Of a stretch of DNA of 64,000 bases, positions 11,990 to 25,299 are shown in pieces. This DNA is from Scyliorhinus canicula. Lineage: Eukaryota. Location of the stretch: NCBI RefSeq assembly GCF_902713615.1, contig NC_052162.1:71621686-71685685 (forward strand), in the 5' to 3' direction. The notes beneath the pieces were generated by a model, which did not search any database, was not told the origin of the DNA, and was given only the letters and a program-made list of their open reading frames with translations. A program made the position numbers and the translations under genes. Each line of letters begins with the position of its first letter. Position 1 is the first letter of the stretch.

Positions 11990-12225
11990 CTTATGCTAAC
12001 CACCGTGCTACCTTAAATCTATGCCCCCTGGTTATTGACCCCTCTGCTAAGGGGAACAGTTTCTTCTTATCTACCCTATTTTTGTCACTCAGAATTTTCC
12101 AGTATATAATAGGGCGTACACTTTCAAAAACACTTTTATACTGTATCTGAGAAATACTTTCTTCATGAAGTTGCGAAAGGGGGAACATAACAATTGGTTA
12201 AGACCAACTGTGCGCTTGCATTGCG

Positions 12226-12625
12226 GGCTGCACGGTAGCATAGTAGAGGCAGCACGGCGGCATAGTAGGGGCAGCACAGCAGCATAGAGGGGCAGAACGG
12301 TAGCATAGTGGTTAGCACAATTGCTTCACAGCTCCAGCGTCCCAGGTTCGATTCCCGGCTGGGTCACAGTCTGTGCGGTGTCTGCACGTTCTCCCCGTGT
12401 CTGCGTGGGTTTCCTCCGGGTGCTCCAGTTTCCTCCCACAGTCCAAAGATGTGCAGGTTAGGTGGATTTGCCATGGTAAATTGCCCTTGTGTCCAAAAAG
12501 GTTAAGTGGGGGTTACTGGGTTATGGAGATAGGTTAGATACGTGGGCTTGAGTAGGGTGTTCTTTGTAAGGACCGGTGGAGACTCGATGGGCCAAATGGT
12601 CTCCTTCTGCACTGTAGATTCTCTA
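12226..12625 (+). mobile_element. HE1/V-SINE with quadruplicated 5' end
   Basis: Four tandem GGCAGCACGGTAGCATAG-like starts followed by a full SINE. Confidence 0.9.
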
Positions 12626-12691
12626 ATTGCATCATACATTCAAAACTGGCATTATAACATCAAAACAGGTTGTCAATTTATAAATGTTTTA

Positions 12692-13563
12692 GGGCAGCAC
12701 GGTGGCCTAGTGGTTAGCACAGCTGCCTCATGGCGCTGAGGTCCCAGGTTCGATCCCGGCTCTGCGTCACTGTCCGTGTGGAGTTTGCACATTCTCCCCG
12801 TGTTTGTGTGGGTTTCGCCCCCACAACCCAAAAAAATGTGGGGCGTGATTCTCCGAAAGCTGGAGAAATCGTGAGGCTGGCGTCAAAAACGGGCGGGTTT
12901 GACACCAGCCTCCGTCCCCTCGACCGGGAACCGATTCTGGTCCCCGGTCGGGGCTAGCATGCCGCGGCCGTGAACTCCGGCATCGCGGGCTTAACGAATT
13001 TCGTTAAGCCCGCTTGCCAGAGTTTGCGACGGCTGACGCGTCACATGACGTCAGCCGCGCATGCGCGGATGACGTCATCGCGCATTTGCGCGAAACCCAC
13101 GCATGCGCGGGCCGGGATGCCCCTCAGCTGCCCGCGAATGGATACAGCGGGGCGGCGGAAGGACAAAGAGTGCCGTGGTACTGCCGTGCCAATCGGTGCC
13201 ATGGTTCCCAAGATCACAACTTTACGGCCGTTTTTATGAACGGTCAGACTAGGTGTGTTTGACGTTCCTAAAAACGGTCGTAAAGGGCTTGGACTTCGGC
13301 CCATCGGCCAGCTGAGAATCGCTGCTCGCCGTAAAAAAACGGCGGGCAGCGATTCGTGTCGGGAGGCGGGCGTGGGGGGGGGGGGAGAATAGCGGGAGGG
13401 CATCAGACCAGCGTGGCCGTAAAAATTTACGACCCCCGCTATTCTCCGCACCGTCGTGAGTGCGGAGAATCGCCCCCCCGGAGTAGGTGGATTGGCCATG
13501 CTAAATTGCCCCTTAATTGGAAAAAATAATTGGGTAATCTAAATTTATTAAAAAAAAATTAAA
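12692..13563 (+). mobile_element. HE1/V-SINE short form interrupted by a MITE
   Basis: Perfect 17-bp TSD AATTTATAAATGTTTTA at 12675-12691 and 13564-13580. Confidence 0.92.
12841..13476. mobile_element. Harbinger-type MITE (CpG-rich)
   Basis: Ends GGGCGTGATTCTCCG / CGGAGAATCGCCCCC; splits the SINE body. Confidence 0.9.
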
Positions 13564-13629
13564 AATTTATAAATGTTTTAAGTGCTGTTTGTCCAACACA
13601 AGTGTTATAAAATCCAGGGTTGCCTATAT

Positions 13630-13818
13630 AGTGCTGTGGATACTTGGACATTGAGTAAATTTTAGGAGGAGTTAGACAGATTTTTAATTGGTAATGGGTT
13701 GAAGGGTTATGGAGAACAGCAGGATGAGTTAAGGGCAGGATGGGATCAGCCATGATCGAATGGCGGAGCAGACTCATTGGACGAAATCGCCTAATTCTAC
13801 TTCTATATCATATGAACA
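13630..13818 (+). mobile_element. CR1 LINE 3' end fragment
   Basis: Typical CR1 3' UTR (gatcagccatgatcgaatggcggagcagactc). Confidence 0.8.
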
Positions 13819-13966
13819 TATAAACTTTACTGTGCAAAGAGGCTGCATTAAAAAGGAATAATGCTCTCATTTACTCTGCTGAGCTGCGAGAAAGAATCAT
13901 AACAGTTTAATCCTATGGGTGCTCTCCTTTTCGTCCACTGTTTATTTTGTGGAAGAGCCGCAAATA

Positions 13967-14253
13967 GGGCGGCACGGTGGCACAGTAGTTAGCACTGCTG
14001 TCTCACAGCGCAAGGGACCAAGGTTTGATTCCAACCTCAGGTGACTCGAGTTTGCACATTCTTCTCGTGTCTGCGTGGGTTTCCTCCGGTGCTCCAGTTT
14101 TCATCCACAGTCCAAAGATGTGCAGGTTAGGTGGATTAGCTATGCTAAATTGCCCCAGTGGGGCTACAGGGAAGGGTGGATTTTGGACCCAGGTCGGAGA
14201 CTCGAAGGGCCAAATGGCCTCCTTCTGCACTGAAGGGATTCTATGATTCTATG
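13967..14253 (+). mobile_element. HE1/V-SINE
   Basis: Head, core and ATTCTATG tail. Confidence 0.9.
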
Positions 14254-15099
14254 AAGTATGGCATAAGTAATTATTTTGGTGTTTGAATAGAAGAAACACA
14301 ATGAGAATTCACTCCCATCAAAATTTTACAACACAGAAGGATGTTGGTTGTTGATTGTGCCTGCACTGCTTCTCTGAAAGAATCATCAAATCCATTCCAT
14401 TCACCCATCCTTTGCCTTTTAAATGTTTATTTTTCTAAAAAATACATTTCTCTTTGAAAAGCCATTAGGGATTCTGCTTACACCACTGTTTCTGGTCAGA
14501 CATCCATGCCCTCATAATCCTCTGCATAAAACTAAGTCTTCTAACTTTGGTCCCTAATTCATTTTGCTGCTCATTTTAAATTGATTCTCCCTCGTTACTG
14601 ATCTAACAGATTTACTTTGCAAAAGCGTCTCACAATGTTAAATCCCTTCTTTGTTCCAAGCAAATGAACTCGGCTCCTCTCGCCTTTCTTCACATTAATA
14701 GACCACATCGCTGGTATAATCCCAGTAGTAACTTCTGTATTTTTTCACAATCTTGATATCCTTTCTGAAGTAAGACACCCAAAATTGGGTTCAATGGTCA
14801 AGAAATGTATGTTATCACACGTTGACAGCACTGTGGATGAACAGCATGGACTGCAGTTGTTCAAGACGTTGGCCCACAACCCCTTCTCAAAGGCAATTAG
14901 AGATGAATAACAAACACTGGCCTTGCCAACAACACATTAAAAAAATGAAAAGAACAATGGAAATGAACTGAATTTGAATATTTCTAGCCACTGCTGTCCT
15001 ATTTCTGCCCAGGTTAACTAGCGAAAATCTACCCTCCACGTTTTGCTTTAGATTGAACACATATAAAGATTAATATTCCAGAGAACTATCTTTGTTGAA

Positions 15100-15470
15100 A
15101 GATCATCAGAAAGTTATACATTCAAATCCCATTTCAGGATTTGATCATATAACCAAATTTGATGCATCACTTTCATACATTGTCATAGGTGCAATTCTTT
15201 GGGATGAGATGTTAATCTGAGATCCCATCTGGCTGTTCAGTTGGATTTAAAATATTCCATGACATTCGCCGAAGAAGACCAGGGAATGTCTAGTGTCTGA
15301 GAAAATAGTATTCTTCAGCCGCTATTAAAACAAATTAACTAGGCATTAATTGAATTGCTTTTTATGGGACCTTGCTTTGTACATATATGTCAATGTAATA
15401 ATAGTCATTACGTACCATAGTCATTGGCTCTTTGGAATAACCTATGGATGTGAAAATGAATCTTGGTGCA
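15100..15470 (+). mobile_element. Old DeuSINE/SacSINE1-like SINE
   Basis: Diverged tRNA-like head and central GATGAGATGTTAA motif; homologous to 44665-45115 in opposite orientation. Confidence 0.55.
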
Positions 15471-16089
15471 AGGTTTTAATTTTAGAAAACAAATTTGGTG
15501 TGGAAATGTAAATGGTATTATTGTGGGAGACAGAAGAATACTGTCATATGCATATATGAGACCTGGATGAACGGGATTGTTAAGTTAACAGCTGAGATCT
15601 GAAAAATGGTAACTCTGGTGTCAAATTCACTGAAATGAGAATTTATACTTGTTGTAAAAACTTTAAGAAGAGTTGGTTACACTTGCAGGAAGTGCGGAGG
15701 TTTACCACACTGAGATTTGAAGACTTTTGGAGTTCACTGGACTAATTATTTGTGGAGACATGGACAAATTGAAATGGCCAGTTATGAACTATTATGGTAT
15801 GGTATTTGCTAGTGAGGAAGAAGTAGAAATAATCTGTACTGAAAAACAACACAAGATTCAAGGCAGTTAATAAAAAAGCTAAGAAGTTAGGAAAAGTTAT
15901 GTGGTAAAATATGTGAATGCTCTATATGCTCTTAATAAGGTGAATTAAATAAAATGCTCGAAGGTAAGATATTAAAGGCAGTGACTCCTTTGTTACAAAT
16001 ACGAAGGCTATGGACAATTCTACACCAGGTGAAAAATATCCATTCTGCAAGATTAATGCTTAGCTGTGATGGTGAAAACTATCGCCACT

Positions 16090-16520
16090 GTTATAGAGTC
16101 AAAGAAGTCTACAGTACAGAATATGCTCTTCGGCCCATCCCATCTGTGTCATCAAAAACAACCACCTAACTATTCTAATCCCATTTTCCATAGCCTTGTA
16201 TGCCTTGGCATCGCAAGTGCACATCATCTAAATACTAAGTCAATGTTGGGAGGGTCTCTGCTCCCACCACCCATCCAGGTAATGAGTTCCAGACTCTCAC
16301 CACACTGAGTAAAAACATTTTTCTTTACATCCCCTCTAAACCACTACCGGGGGGGGGGAAAGTTTATTTCTATCTCCTCTATCCGTGCCACTCGTATTTT
16401 TAGTACATCTCAATCATACCTCCCCCTCATTCGCCTCTGCTCCAAGGAAACAATCCCAGTCCATCCAATCTCTCTTCATAACGAAAGCTCAGTAGTCCAG
16501 GCAACATCCTAAATCTCCTT
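16090..16520 (-). mobile_element. CR1 LINE 3' fragment
   Basis: Reverse complement of CR1 ORF2 end (RMLPGL..FTQCG) and 3' UTR. Confidence 0.75.
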
Positions 16521-18890
16521 TGTCATTTCAAGTAATTCATTGAATCTAAAATGCTGCGAGCTGTTTCCAAGACATGTGGTGAGGCACCGTGTTAGTTTTT
16601 TCTAAATGGAAGGTTGAACACGTTGCTGGCCTCACCGTCCTGAATGCGAGTTTGGTTCCTCCTCTGTCCAAAGCTCTATGCTGCGTGTGCCAATTCATAA
16701 AATGTATTTTGTTTTCTCCCCACAGAATCTTTGTTCTTCCATGATGTTTTGTAAAATAGAGTGATCTACCTCTGATTTTAGGAAGTGATAGCAATTTTGT
16801 ATTTTACCAGCACTAGGAACATAGGGATTATTAGAATGAATAAAAAAATTACAAATATCTCGTTCACCTCCAATCAAACTGGCAGTCGCATGGTATAACA
16901 ATCATTGAGTTGCTGACGAATCGTAGCGATCAAGCGTTCTCAATTGGTATATAATGACACAGAAATGATGCGAGGAAAACCCCAGCAGTGGAACGCTTTG
17001 GGAATTATGGCCTTCATTTAACCTCCGCATAACAGGAAGGATAGTGTCATAGGAGGTGGGGTTAAAACATCAAATGTGCAATCCTAAATAGCTGAGTGGT
17101 GCAGAAGTCTGCAGGCATGTTTGAGCCACTGCCTTTAATTCTTTGCGTTACAGTATTTTGTTTTTTCTTGCCCTTGTAAAAGTATATTTCCCAGATTATT
17201 TTTCCTAATTTCAAGCACAGGTTTTTTATTGAATGCCTTGAATCTTGTGGTTTGTTTCTTTCAATATAGACAATTTCTGCATCTTCACTGATCTACTTAG
17301 ATTGGGTTCTCACTGTACATTTGGGAGGAGGAGGTAAAATTCACCGCTGTTGCATGGATTTCCCAGAACTCAGATAACCCAGCAGTGGGTAGGAGACAGG
17401 GTTCTCTGGTCCCACGAATTAAGGGCCTCTGTCAGCGTGCCTTGTGATGCAGAAGGAACAGCAATGCTTCTTCTGGAGCATCCTTCAATTCACAGTATCC
17501 TCTTTTCTATTATTTCTGCGATACCTCTCTTCCCCTCTCCGTGATGTTTGATCTTCTCCTCTCCTGTCATGATGGATGACCTCTCCCCCTCCAAGTTGCC
17601 TGGCTGTAACCTCCAGTCACTGGTTCTTCCTTCCTGCTGTCAATTTGATAGGTTGGAAACAGATCCAAAAAACTGCCATTGCGTTTGGAAGGACCTCTGC
17701 GTCCTTGGCTTTGATATGTTTTTCATCAATTTTCAACCTCCCTCGCACCTTCCCCACCCCCCCATAAATAACATGGCCCATCGGCCCAAAGCTTACCACA
17801 TATCATGTTGTGAATTATTTGGTTCTCCCACATTGAATGAATCAGTAATTTCCCCAGGAGATTAACCATTCATTCACTGTTTTGAGCTTACCTCCCTTCT
17901 CAAGTGCAGGTTGTATTCTCCTGTTTTGGACGAGGAGAAAAAGCTTGTCATGGTCCACATAACCTAAAAAATGACAATTGTATCTCCTTTCAGCTTTCTC
18001 CTTTTCAGTGAGAACTTGCACAATTAAAATGATCCCTCCTTATGATCCCATCTCATCATCCCCTCCAACATCGTGGTTGCTCTTTGTCCTTTCAATAGCT
18101 GAAATATCTTTTTTTCTTCTCAGGAAAGGTTCAAGATAAGTGATGGCATATGCAGGAACAGAGCTGGATACTATCCAAAGTTTTAATAGTGAGGTTGGCC
18201 AAGCATAATGGAAGGCTAAGGGTAAGTCATATTACTTTTTATTCACACTTGTATAATAATTACCGAATGTTCACTTCCTTGTTATGGCACAGGTTTTAAC
18301 CTATGCACCTGTATGCATTGTAATGAACGTTCTCAATCCACTCTTCAATCCTTCATGGTGCCACTTTAATGAAACCTTATTAAAAAACAAAGATGAACTG
18401 CAGGTTTGTTGATCACTACTAAAACACTTGTTCTGGGAGGCGGAGAAGTCAGTGTGGAGGTATCAGATGCTTTCAAATTGGGGCTAATAATTAAAAGAAA
18501 AAGAAAGAGGTTAAAAAATTCACATAGATCTAAAAGAATAGGAATATCATTATTCTCAGGAGTCAAGTAGAGATACTTGAGATAATTTAAAATCTAAATT
18601 TGAATTGAAAACCATTATCAGTGGAAGACAAAGGCGATATATTGTGAACATGGGCAGATCTGGAGATCTCCCAGATTACTCAAATGTGTATTTCATTATT
18701 TTCAAGGGGCAAGTAGAGATACTTGAAATATGTTAAAAGGCTAAATCTGAATTTGAAGCTATTATCGATGGATAATAGGATAATATATTTTAAACATGAG
18801 ACAGATTTTGAAAACTCCTATACTACCTGATTTTCAAAAATAAAACCTTGATAGGGAATACCTGAACCTTTGACACTAAAATAGTAGATA

Positions 18891-19411
18891 GGGTGCAGGA
18901 TTCTCCATTGGCTGACGCTAAAATCGGGAAACAAAATCGCAGCGGGCACCAATTTAACACCAAATCACAACCTCTGTTGCAGCTGGAAATGCAGCCATGT
19001 AGCTGCACACGCTGCTGACAGCCCACTGTGAACTTATGGCCCCGGGTCATTTGGTTGTCCCCCTAGGCCACCCCCCATCCCCACCTAGGTGCCCTCTGGC
19101 ACCAGACGACCCATCAGCTGCATGGGCACGCTCCATTTTAACCAGTGCCATCTTGTTGACTGGAATGAGTGGGTGTGGGGATTGTAATGTGTATATGCAG
19201 CCACAGCTTGTCAGCCCCTTGTGTGTCAATCACGGACCCGCCAAATCCCTCACCGTTTCTCATTGGAATCGATTGTGTTCCATACATCGCTGGCGTTAGC
19301 TCTCCACAGTTGCTGAATCGGTCCAGGTTCGGCGCCAGTTTTGCTGTCATGAAAGTTCATGAGTCCTGTCCCGGTGCCAACACTTAGTCTCAGGAATGGA
19401 GAATCCTGACC
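18891..19411 (-). mobile_element. Non-autonomous Harbinger derivative
   Basis: TIR CAGGATTCTCCATT / AATGGAGAATCCTG; homologous to 26365-27020 and to the left end of 32292-35790. Confidence 0.85.
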
Positions 19412-19585
19412 AGGAGCTTTCATTTTTGTGGCAATCTTCAGCAAATTAAATTTTAGCCACCTTAAGCTGTGAAACAGCTATTTCCTCCTTCACAGTTCTC
19501 TTGAAGTAAGAGTGTGCAATATCTAAATGATATGTTTTTGCATCTGTACCATTTTTAATGGTAGCGGCTAGTATGAGTCAATCTG

Positions 19586-19943
19586 AAAAAATGAAAATCG
19601 CTTATTGTCACAAGTAGGCTTCAAATGAAGTTACTGTGAAAAGCCCCTAGTCGCCACATTCCGGCGCCTGTTCGGGAAGGCTGTTGCGGGAATCAAACCG
19701 TGCTGCTGGCCTGCCTTGGTCTGCTTTCAAAGCCAGCAATTTAGCCCAGTGAGCTAAACAGCCCCTGAAATCAAAATCGCTTATTGTCACGAGTAGGCTT
19801 CAATGAAGTTACTGTGAAAAGCCCCTAGTCGCCACATTCCGGCGCCTGTCCGGGGAGGCTGGTACGGGAATTGAACCGTGCTGCTGGCCTGCTTGGTCTG
19901 CTTTAAAAGCCAGCGATTTAGCCTTGTGAGCTAAACCACCCCC
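19586..19943 (-). mobile_element. Tandem dimer of a second tRNA-derived SINE family (~180 bp units)
   Basis: Two head-to-tail copies (~19586-19766, ~19767-19943); further copies at 36932-37108 and 51895-52070. Confidence 0.88.
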
Positions 19944-21734
19944 AATCTTATCATTGCATTAATGCTGCTCATATAAGCTGTTATTAATAAAATGCATGAG
20001 CATTGTAAACATTTAAGAAGTACCAATAATATCAATTACGCAATGTTTTGGGTATGAAATAGTCCAAATTAAAATCAAGTCATGAAGAATTGTAATTAAA
20101 TCTTCAATCTGGTGGTAGTAGAACTGATTTTGAATTAAATGTGGCTACATCCTTAGTCCAATTACAGCCAAGAGCTGGCACAGTGTCAAACCAGTATTGT
20201 AATGTATGCTACCTCTAGTCATACGAAATTGTGAATACATTCATCTAATCTTACTGCCTGCCCCTGCTGACTTTTCAATGGATCTTGGTTGGGCAGGAAC
20301 AGTAAACTGCTCAAAGACATGTTCTGCCATATTCTCATTTTGCTGTGCCTCTACTGGCCTAATTCCTGGGTTTAATGGTGGATAGCACATACATGTGGAA
20401 AGGGAGTACAACTGTGTCTTCAAATTCATTCTCAGGATTTGAGCTTCATGGACCAACCTGTAATTTACCTGTAGTTTCCCTGAGAAGAAGGTGGTGGTCG
20501 GATGCTTTCTTGAACTGCTGCAATCCGTATTGTTTGTAAGCAAAGGGTCTGGATGCTGGAGACAATGGATAGCAGCAAAATAATGGATTTACAGGCAGAG
20601 GAGGCCGGGAATTTGCTTGTGGGGCCCAGAGGACCATTTCTTCTCCTCCTCCATCCGCAAAACAAATCTTTTGACTTTTTTTGAAGGAATTCCCTCCATA
20701 CCGCTGCAGCCTGGCAGGTAAGTCGCCACTCAGATCCAAATTTAGACACAAGTCAAGTGACATTAACCTAAAGGATGCTCAATTTAATATACATTTATGA
20801 GGTTCTCACCTAGTTCTCTTAGCCACTGACCTGCAATGAGCAGTTAAAATGGTGGCCAATGAGGTTCAAACATGAATGGTGAGGTCAAATGTTCCATGTT
20901 GAAGGTTCTCTACACTGCTGTCTTAATTGGCTTAAAACTCCCGCAAGACCTCTGGCAAGTAATTATGTTCTTCAGACACAATACAACCCAGTTTTATGCT
21001 ACACAGGACGTAGTTATCATTGATCGGTTTAGAACCGCAAAGGGCGTTTTTATATTGTTCATGGGGAGTTCATGTAACTTATTTATTACCTGGGTTTGTC
21101 TACAAAGTTTGTTCATTTTCAATGACCTTATTAAAGAAATGGATTTAATATAATTGGGTACATAATTCTTATTACTACAATCATCATGGATTGGAAGGTA
21201 TATGCATTTGTATAATTTAGGCTTTTTATCATGAGGAAGCTTTATCTATAAAAACTATTTGGTTTCTCTAATTAAAACTATTCTGCTGAAAGACTATCGG
21301 TCTGCACACATTTAGAAACTCAAAAGGCCACGGCTCCAAAACTGTATTGGTTCTGTAACTAACATTCTAATAGCACAAAATATCAGGAGCTCTGTTTCTC
21401 ATTGTTATTATACTGCGTTAAACATATGTATCTCCTGCTTTCTCGAGGTTTTCATTTCTTACTCATGTAACAGCACAGAAAATAATGACTTAAAACAAAT
21501 CATTTACGTGCATGTAATATTATCAATTTTGAAAGAATTGGGGACATTTTAAACCCAGACCCCAGTGATGGATGGATGAGGATCATAGGAAAGGTGGAAT
21601 TTAATCCTCACGATTGACAAAGCCCAACCACAATGCACACGAATTGATATTTATGGAATATTATTGTGTGTATATTGGCTGGAAGATTGACTTGCATATA
21701 AACAGCGACTACCTTTCTTGTTACTGACAGAAGG

Positions 21735-22756
21735 GGGTTAATTGGCCACAGAGTTAAGGGCAGATTGAGTAGCAGGTGACAGAGAGTGGGGATAATGAGT
21801 AATTACTCTTATTGGCAGGAGGTAACTAGTGGTGTGCCACAGGGATCTGTGTTGGGGCCTCAATTATTCACACTATTCATTAATAACTTGGATGATGGCT
21901 CAGTCAGTCATATATCCAAATTTGCAGATGATACAAAGTTAGGTGGCATTGTAGGCAGCCTAGAAGATAGCATACAATTGCAAGGAGATATTGACAGACT
22001 ACATGAATGGGCAAAATTGTGGCAGATATCCATTTTGGACCAAAAAGGATAGAGCAAAGTACTTTCTAAATGGAAAGAGGTTAGGCACAGTGGATATCCA
22101 AAGAGGCTTGGGGGTTCAGGTGCCAGGAACATGTGCATAAAATAATCAAAAAGGCTAATGGAATGCTAGCTTTTATACCTAGATGATCAGAATATAAAGA
22201 TACAGGAGTTATGCTGCAGCTATACAAAACCCTCGTTAGGCCCCACTTGGAGTACTGTGAGCAGTTCTGGGTGCCATACCTTTGGAAGGACATTTTGGCC
22301 TTAGAGGGGATGTAACAAATATGATACCAGGATTACAGGGGTTGAGTTACGAGGAGAGTTTACTCAAAATAGACTAGTTTTTGCTAGAATTTAGAAGGTC
22401 AAAGGGTGATCTGATCAAAATATTAAAGGTATTAACAGGGAAAGACAGGGTAGATAAACTATTTCTACTGACAGGAGATTCTAAAACTAGGGGGCACAAT
22501 CTAAAGATTAGGGCTAGACAGGAAGAACTTCACTCAAAGGTGGTAGAGTTTTGTAACTCTCTCCCACAAACAGCAGTCGAAGGTAGATCAGTCATTAATT
22601 TTAAATCTGAGACAGATAGATTCCCGTTAAGCAACGATATTAAGGGATGTAGGCCAAAGGCAAGTATATGGTTAGGTCACAGATCAGCCATGATCTCATT
22701 GAATGACATGATAGGCTCAATGGGCTGAATGGCCTACTCTGGCTCCTATGTTCCTA
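21735..22756 (+). mobile_element. CR1 LINE (HER1-like), 5'-truncated, decayed RT
   Basis: VTSGVPQGSVLGPQLF, KFADDTK, LVRPHLEYC; CR1 3' UTR. Confidence 0.93.
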
Positions 22757-23968
22757 AAATTTAAACAGCTCTATTTTTTTTCTTTGGCCATCCATTCGTA
22801 AAGCGAAAGGTGTTTTTATTTGCTTTCCCTTTTATAAGGGGCATTTCCCAATCCCTCAGTTTTGGTGTGATCCAATGTCTATTACTAATCCTACAGTAAC
22901 TTGTAATAGGATGAATTCAAAAGATCAGCTTCTTTGCACACATTGAAAATGCAAGAGGGATGTGACCATGTAACCCCTGTGCACTCATGCAGTAAAAGAG
23001 TAGAGAAAATAAAAATTCACAGGGCAAAGGCCACAGAGAAAATGATTAGTTGTTCTCATATATCTGGATTTGAGAATCAATGTCTAATGAGATATTCCAC
23101 CAGCGAGGCAATGAACTGATTCTTCAGAGAGATTGGCAGGTTGAAAGCTGATGCTGTATAATTTTCCAGTGGAGTTGACTTCACATGAGGTGATGGACAG
23201 ACAGAGCTGAATCAGTATTTTAGGTGATGGTACAGAAGTTCCAGTGGAAACAATGTAGATGGGTCAGTTGTTCAATATGGGCAGAGACCCTTTTCAGTGC
23301 TGCTACTTAGAGATGGTAAATGGCAGGCTGTCAGTTACACTATAGCAAGATCATATAATTGATTCCGCCAGCTAGTGGGTCATGTCACTGTGTCTTTGAC
23401 AACAGGCACATATAATCCATCTAGGTTTCCTAGATGGTTAAATGTTCAAATTATTATGAATTGAAAAGCGTGTAGTGCAGTCCTTTGCCCTGGCAGATGA
23501 ATAGGCCTCAGTTGGCTAGGCCTAGCTTATGAAATAGCTGTTGTATCTTTGAATTTGGCCTCTGCAGCCCATGTGTCATTAGTGTCTCTTCAGCGGTAAT
23601 GTGGTGCGCGCTTCTGGTATTGACATGGTAGTGCCTTTTGTTTTAAGGTCACAAACAGACAGAGCTTCAGCTATACTAAATTTTTTAACATTTTAGATAT
23701 TAGTCATGAGGATATCTAAATAGGTTTTGTAAAATATATACTATGAGGTCTTAATAATAAATGATTTGTGAAAATTTGATAAATTCCTCCTGCCTCGGAA
23801 ACACAGCAGTATTTGTTAACATGGTGGTTAACAACTCGACTAGTAATCCAGAGGCCCCTACTACTGATATGGTTCAATGGATTTTAATTTTACCATGGCA
23901 TCAAGGAAAGTTAAATACAATTAATTAAATAAAAGTGAAATTAAAATGCTGGTATCGAAAATGATCAT

Positions 23969-24594
23969 GGGCTGGATTATCCAACCCCCCGCCGGGTCGG
24001 AGAAACGCCGGGGGGCGGCATGAATCCTGCTCCCACCGGCCGCCGCATTCTCTGGCACCGTGATGGGCCGAAGTTCCGCTGCTGTGATGCTGATCCCGCC
24101 GGTGTGAATTAAACCAGCTCCCTTGCCGGTGGGACCAGGCGGCGCAGGTGGACTCTGGGGTCCTGGGGGGGGCGCGGTGCAATCTGGCCCCGGGGGGTGC
24201 CCCCACGGTGGCCTGGCCCGCCATCAGGACCCACAGATCCGGGGGCGGGCCTATGCCGTGGGGGCACTCTTTCCCTCCACGTCAGCTGTGTCAGCCTCCG
24301 CAATGGCCGACGCGGTGACCCCCCTGCACATGCACGGGGATGACGTCAGCAGTCTCTGATGCTCCCGCGCATGCGCCGACTTCCGCCTGCCGGCAGAGTC
24401 CCTTCGGCCCGGCTGGCGTGGCGCCAAAGGCCTTCCACGCCGGTCGGTCGGTGCGCAAACCACTCCGGTGAGGGGTTGACCCCTAAAGGTGCGGAGGATT
24501 CCGCACCTTTGGGGCGGCCTGACGCCGGAGTGGTTCACGCCACTCCATCCCGCCGGGTCCCCTCCACCCCGCCGGGTAGGGGAGAATCCTGCCC
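23969..24594. mobile_element. Harbinger-type MITE (CpG-rich), inside an older SINE-like repeat
   Basis: Ends GGGCTGGATTATCC / GGAGAATCCTGCCC; 3-bp TSD CAT (1-nt ambiguity at the boundary). Confidence 0.87.
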
Positions 24595-25299
24595 ATGTTA
24601 TTTCTGGATCCTAGTGTTGTCTACATGTGACTCAAGCCACACAACACTGTGGTTGACTCTTAACTTCCATCTGAAATATCCAACAAGACATTCAGTTGTA
24701 CTAACCGACTGTAACAAAGTTCAATGAGAATTACATGGGATGAATGGGCCACCAAACATGACAAGAACACACCCATCCGGAGGATCAACCCTCCCATCAA
24801 TTGAAGAGTATAAAAGAGTATGCCAGGAACAGCACAAGCCACATATAAAAATGCGGTATCAACCTGATGAGGCTACAACACAGGTTTTCATCCATGCTAA
24901 ACAGCCAGAGCAGCATACAATAGAGTAGTTCTAATGAAAAGCATCAGATCTGAAACTTTGGCCCAAAACCTCCGTGAAGTGATGATCACTGCTGGACGTC
25001 ATTTTCGACTGACACTGGAATGGAGAAGCAGATTTCTTACCTGGACTTCTGTCCTGGGCCTGGTGAAAAGTGTGCAGCACAGTGGACAGACAGAGTCCCT
25101 CTAGTGCATTGCAGCAGCATCGGGTCGAGTGAAGCCACACCCCTGTTTAACAGCGCTAGCTGCCGTAAACCTGGTACATTTAAAGGTTTCAGTCACTTTA
25201 AGGAGAGAAGGTGAGTGTGTAGGATGGGTAATGGGGTGGGTGTTCAGGGATGTTGTGTTACGGGGGAGTTGGGTTCAATAGTTGGGGTGAATGTTGGGT

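Noticed and set aside
18124-18221. Exon-like segment with strong splice signals (+)
   Set aside because: Stops in all three frames and no supporting neighbouring exons; at most a non-coding exon.
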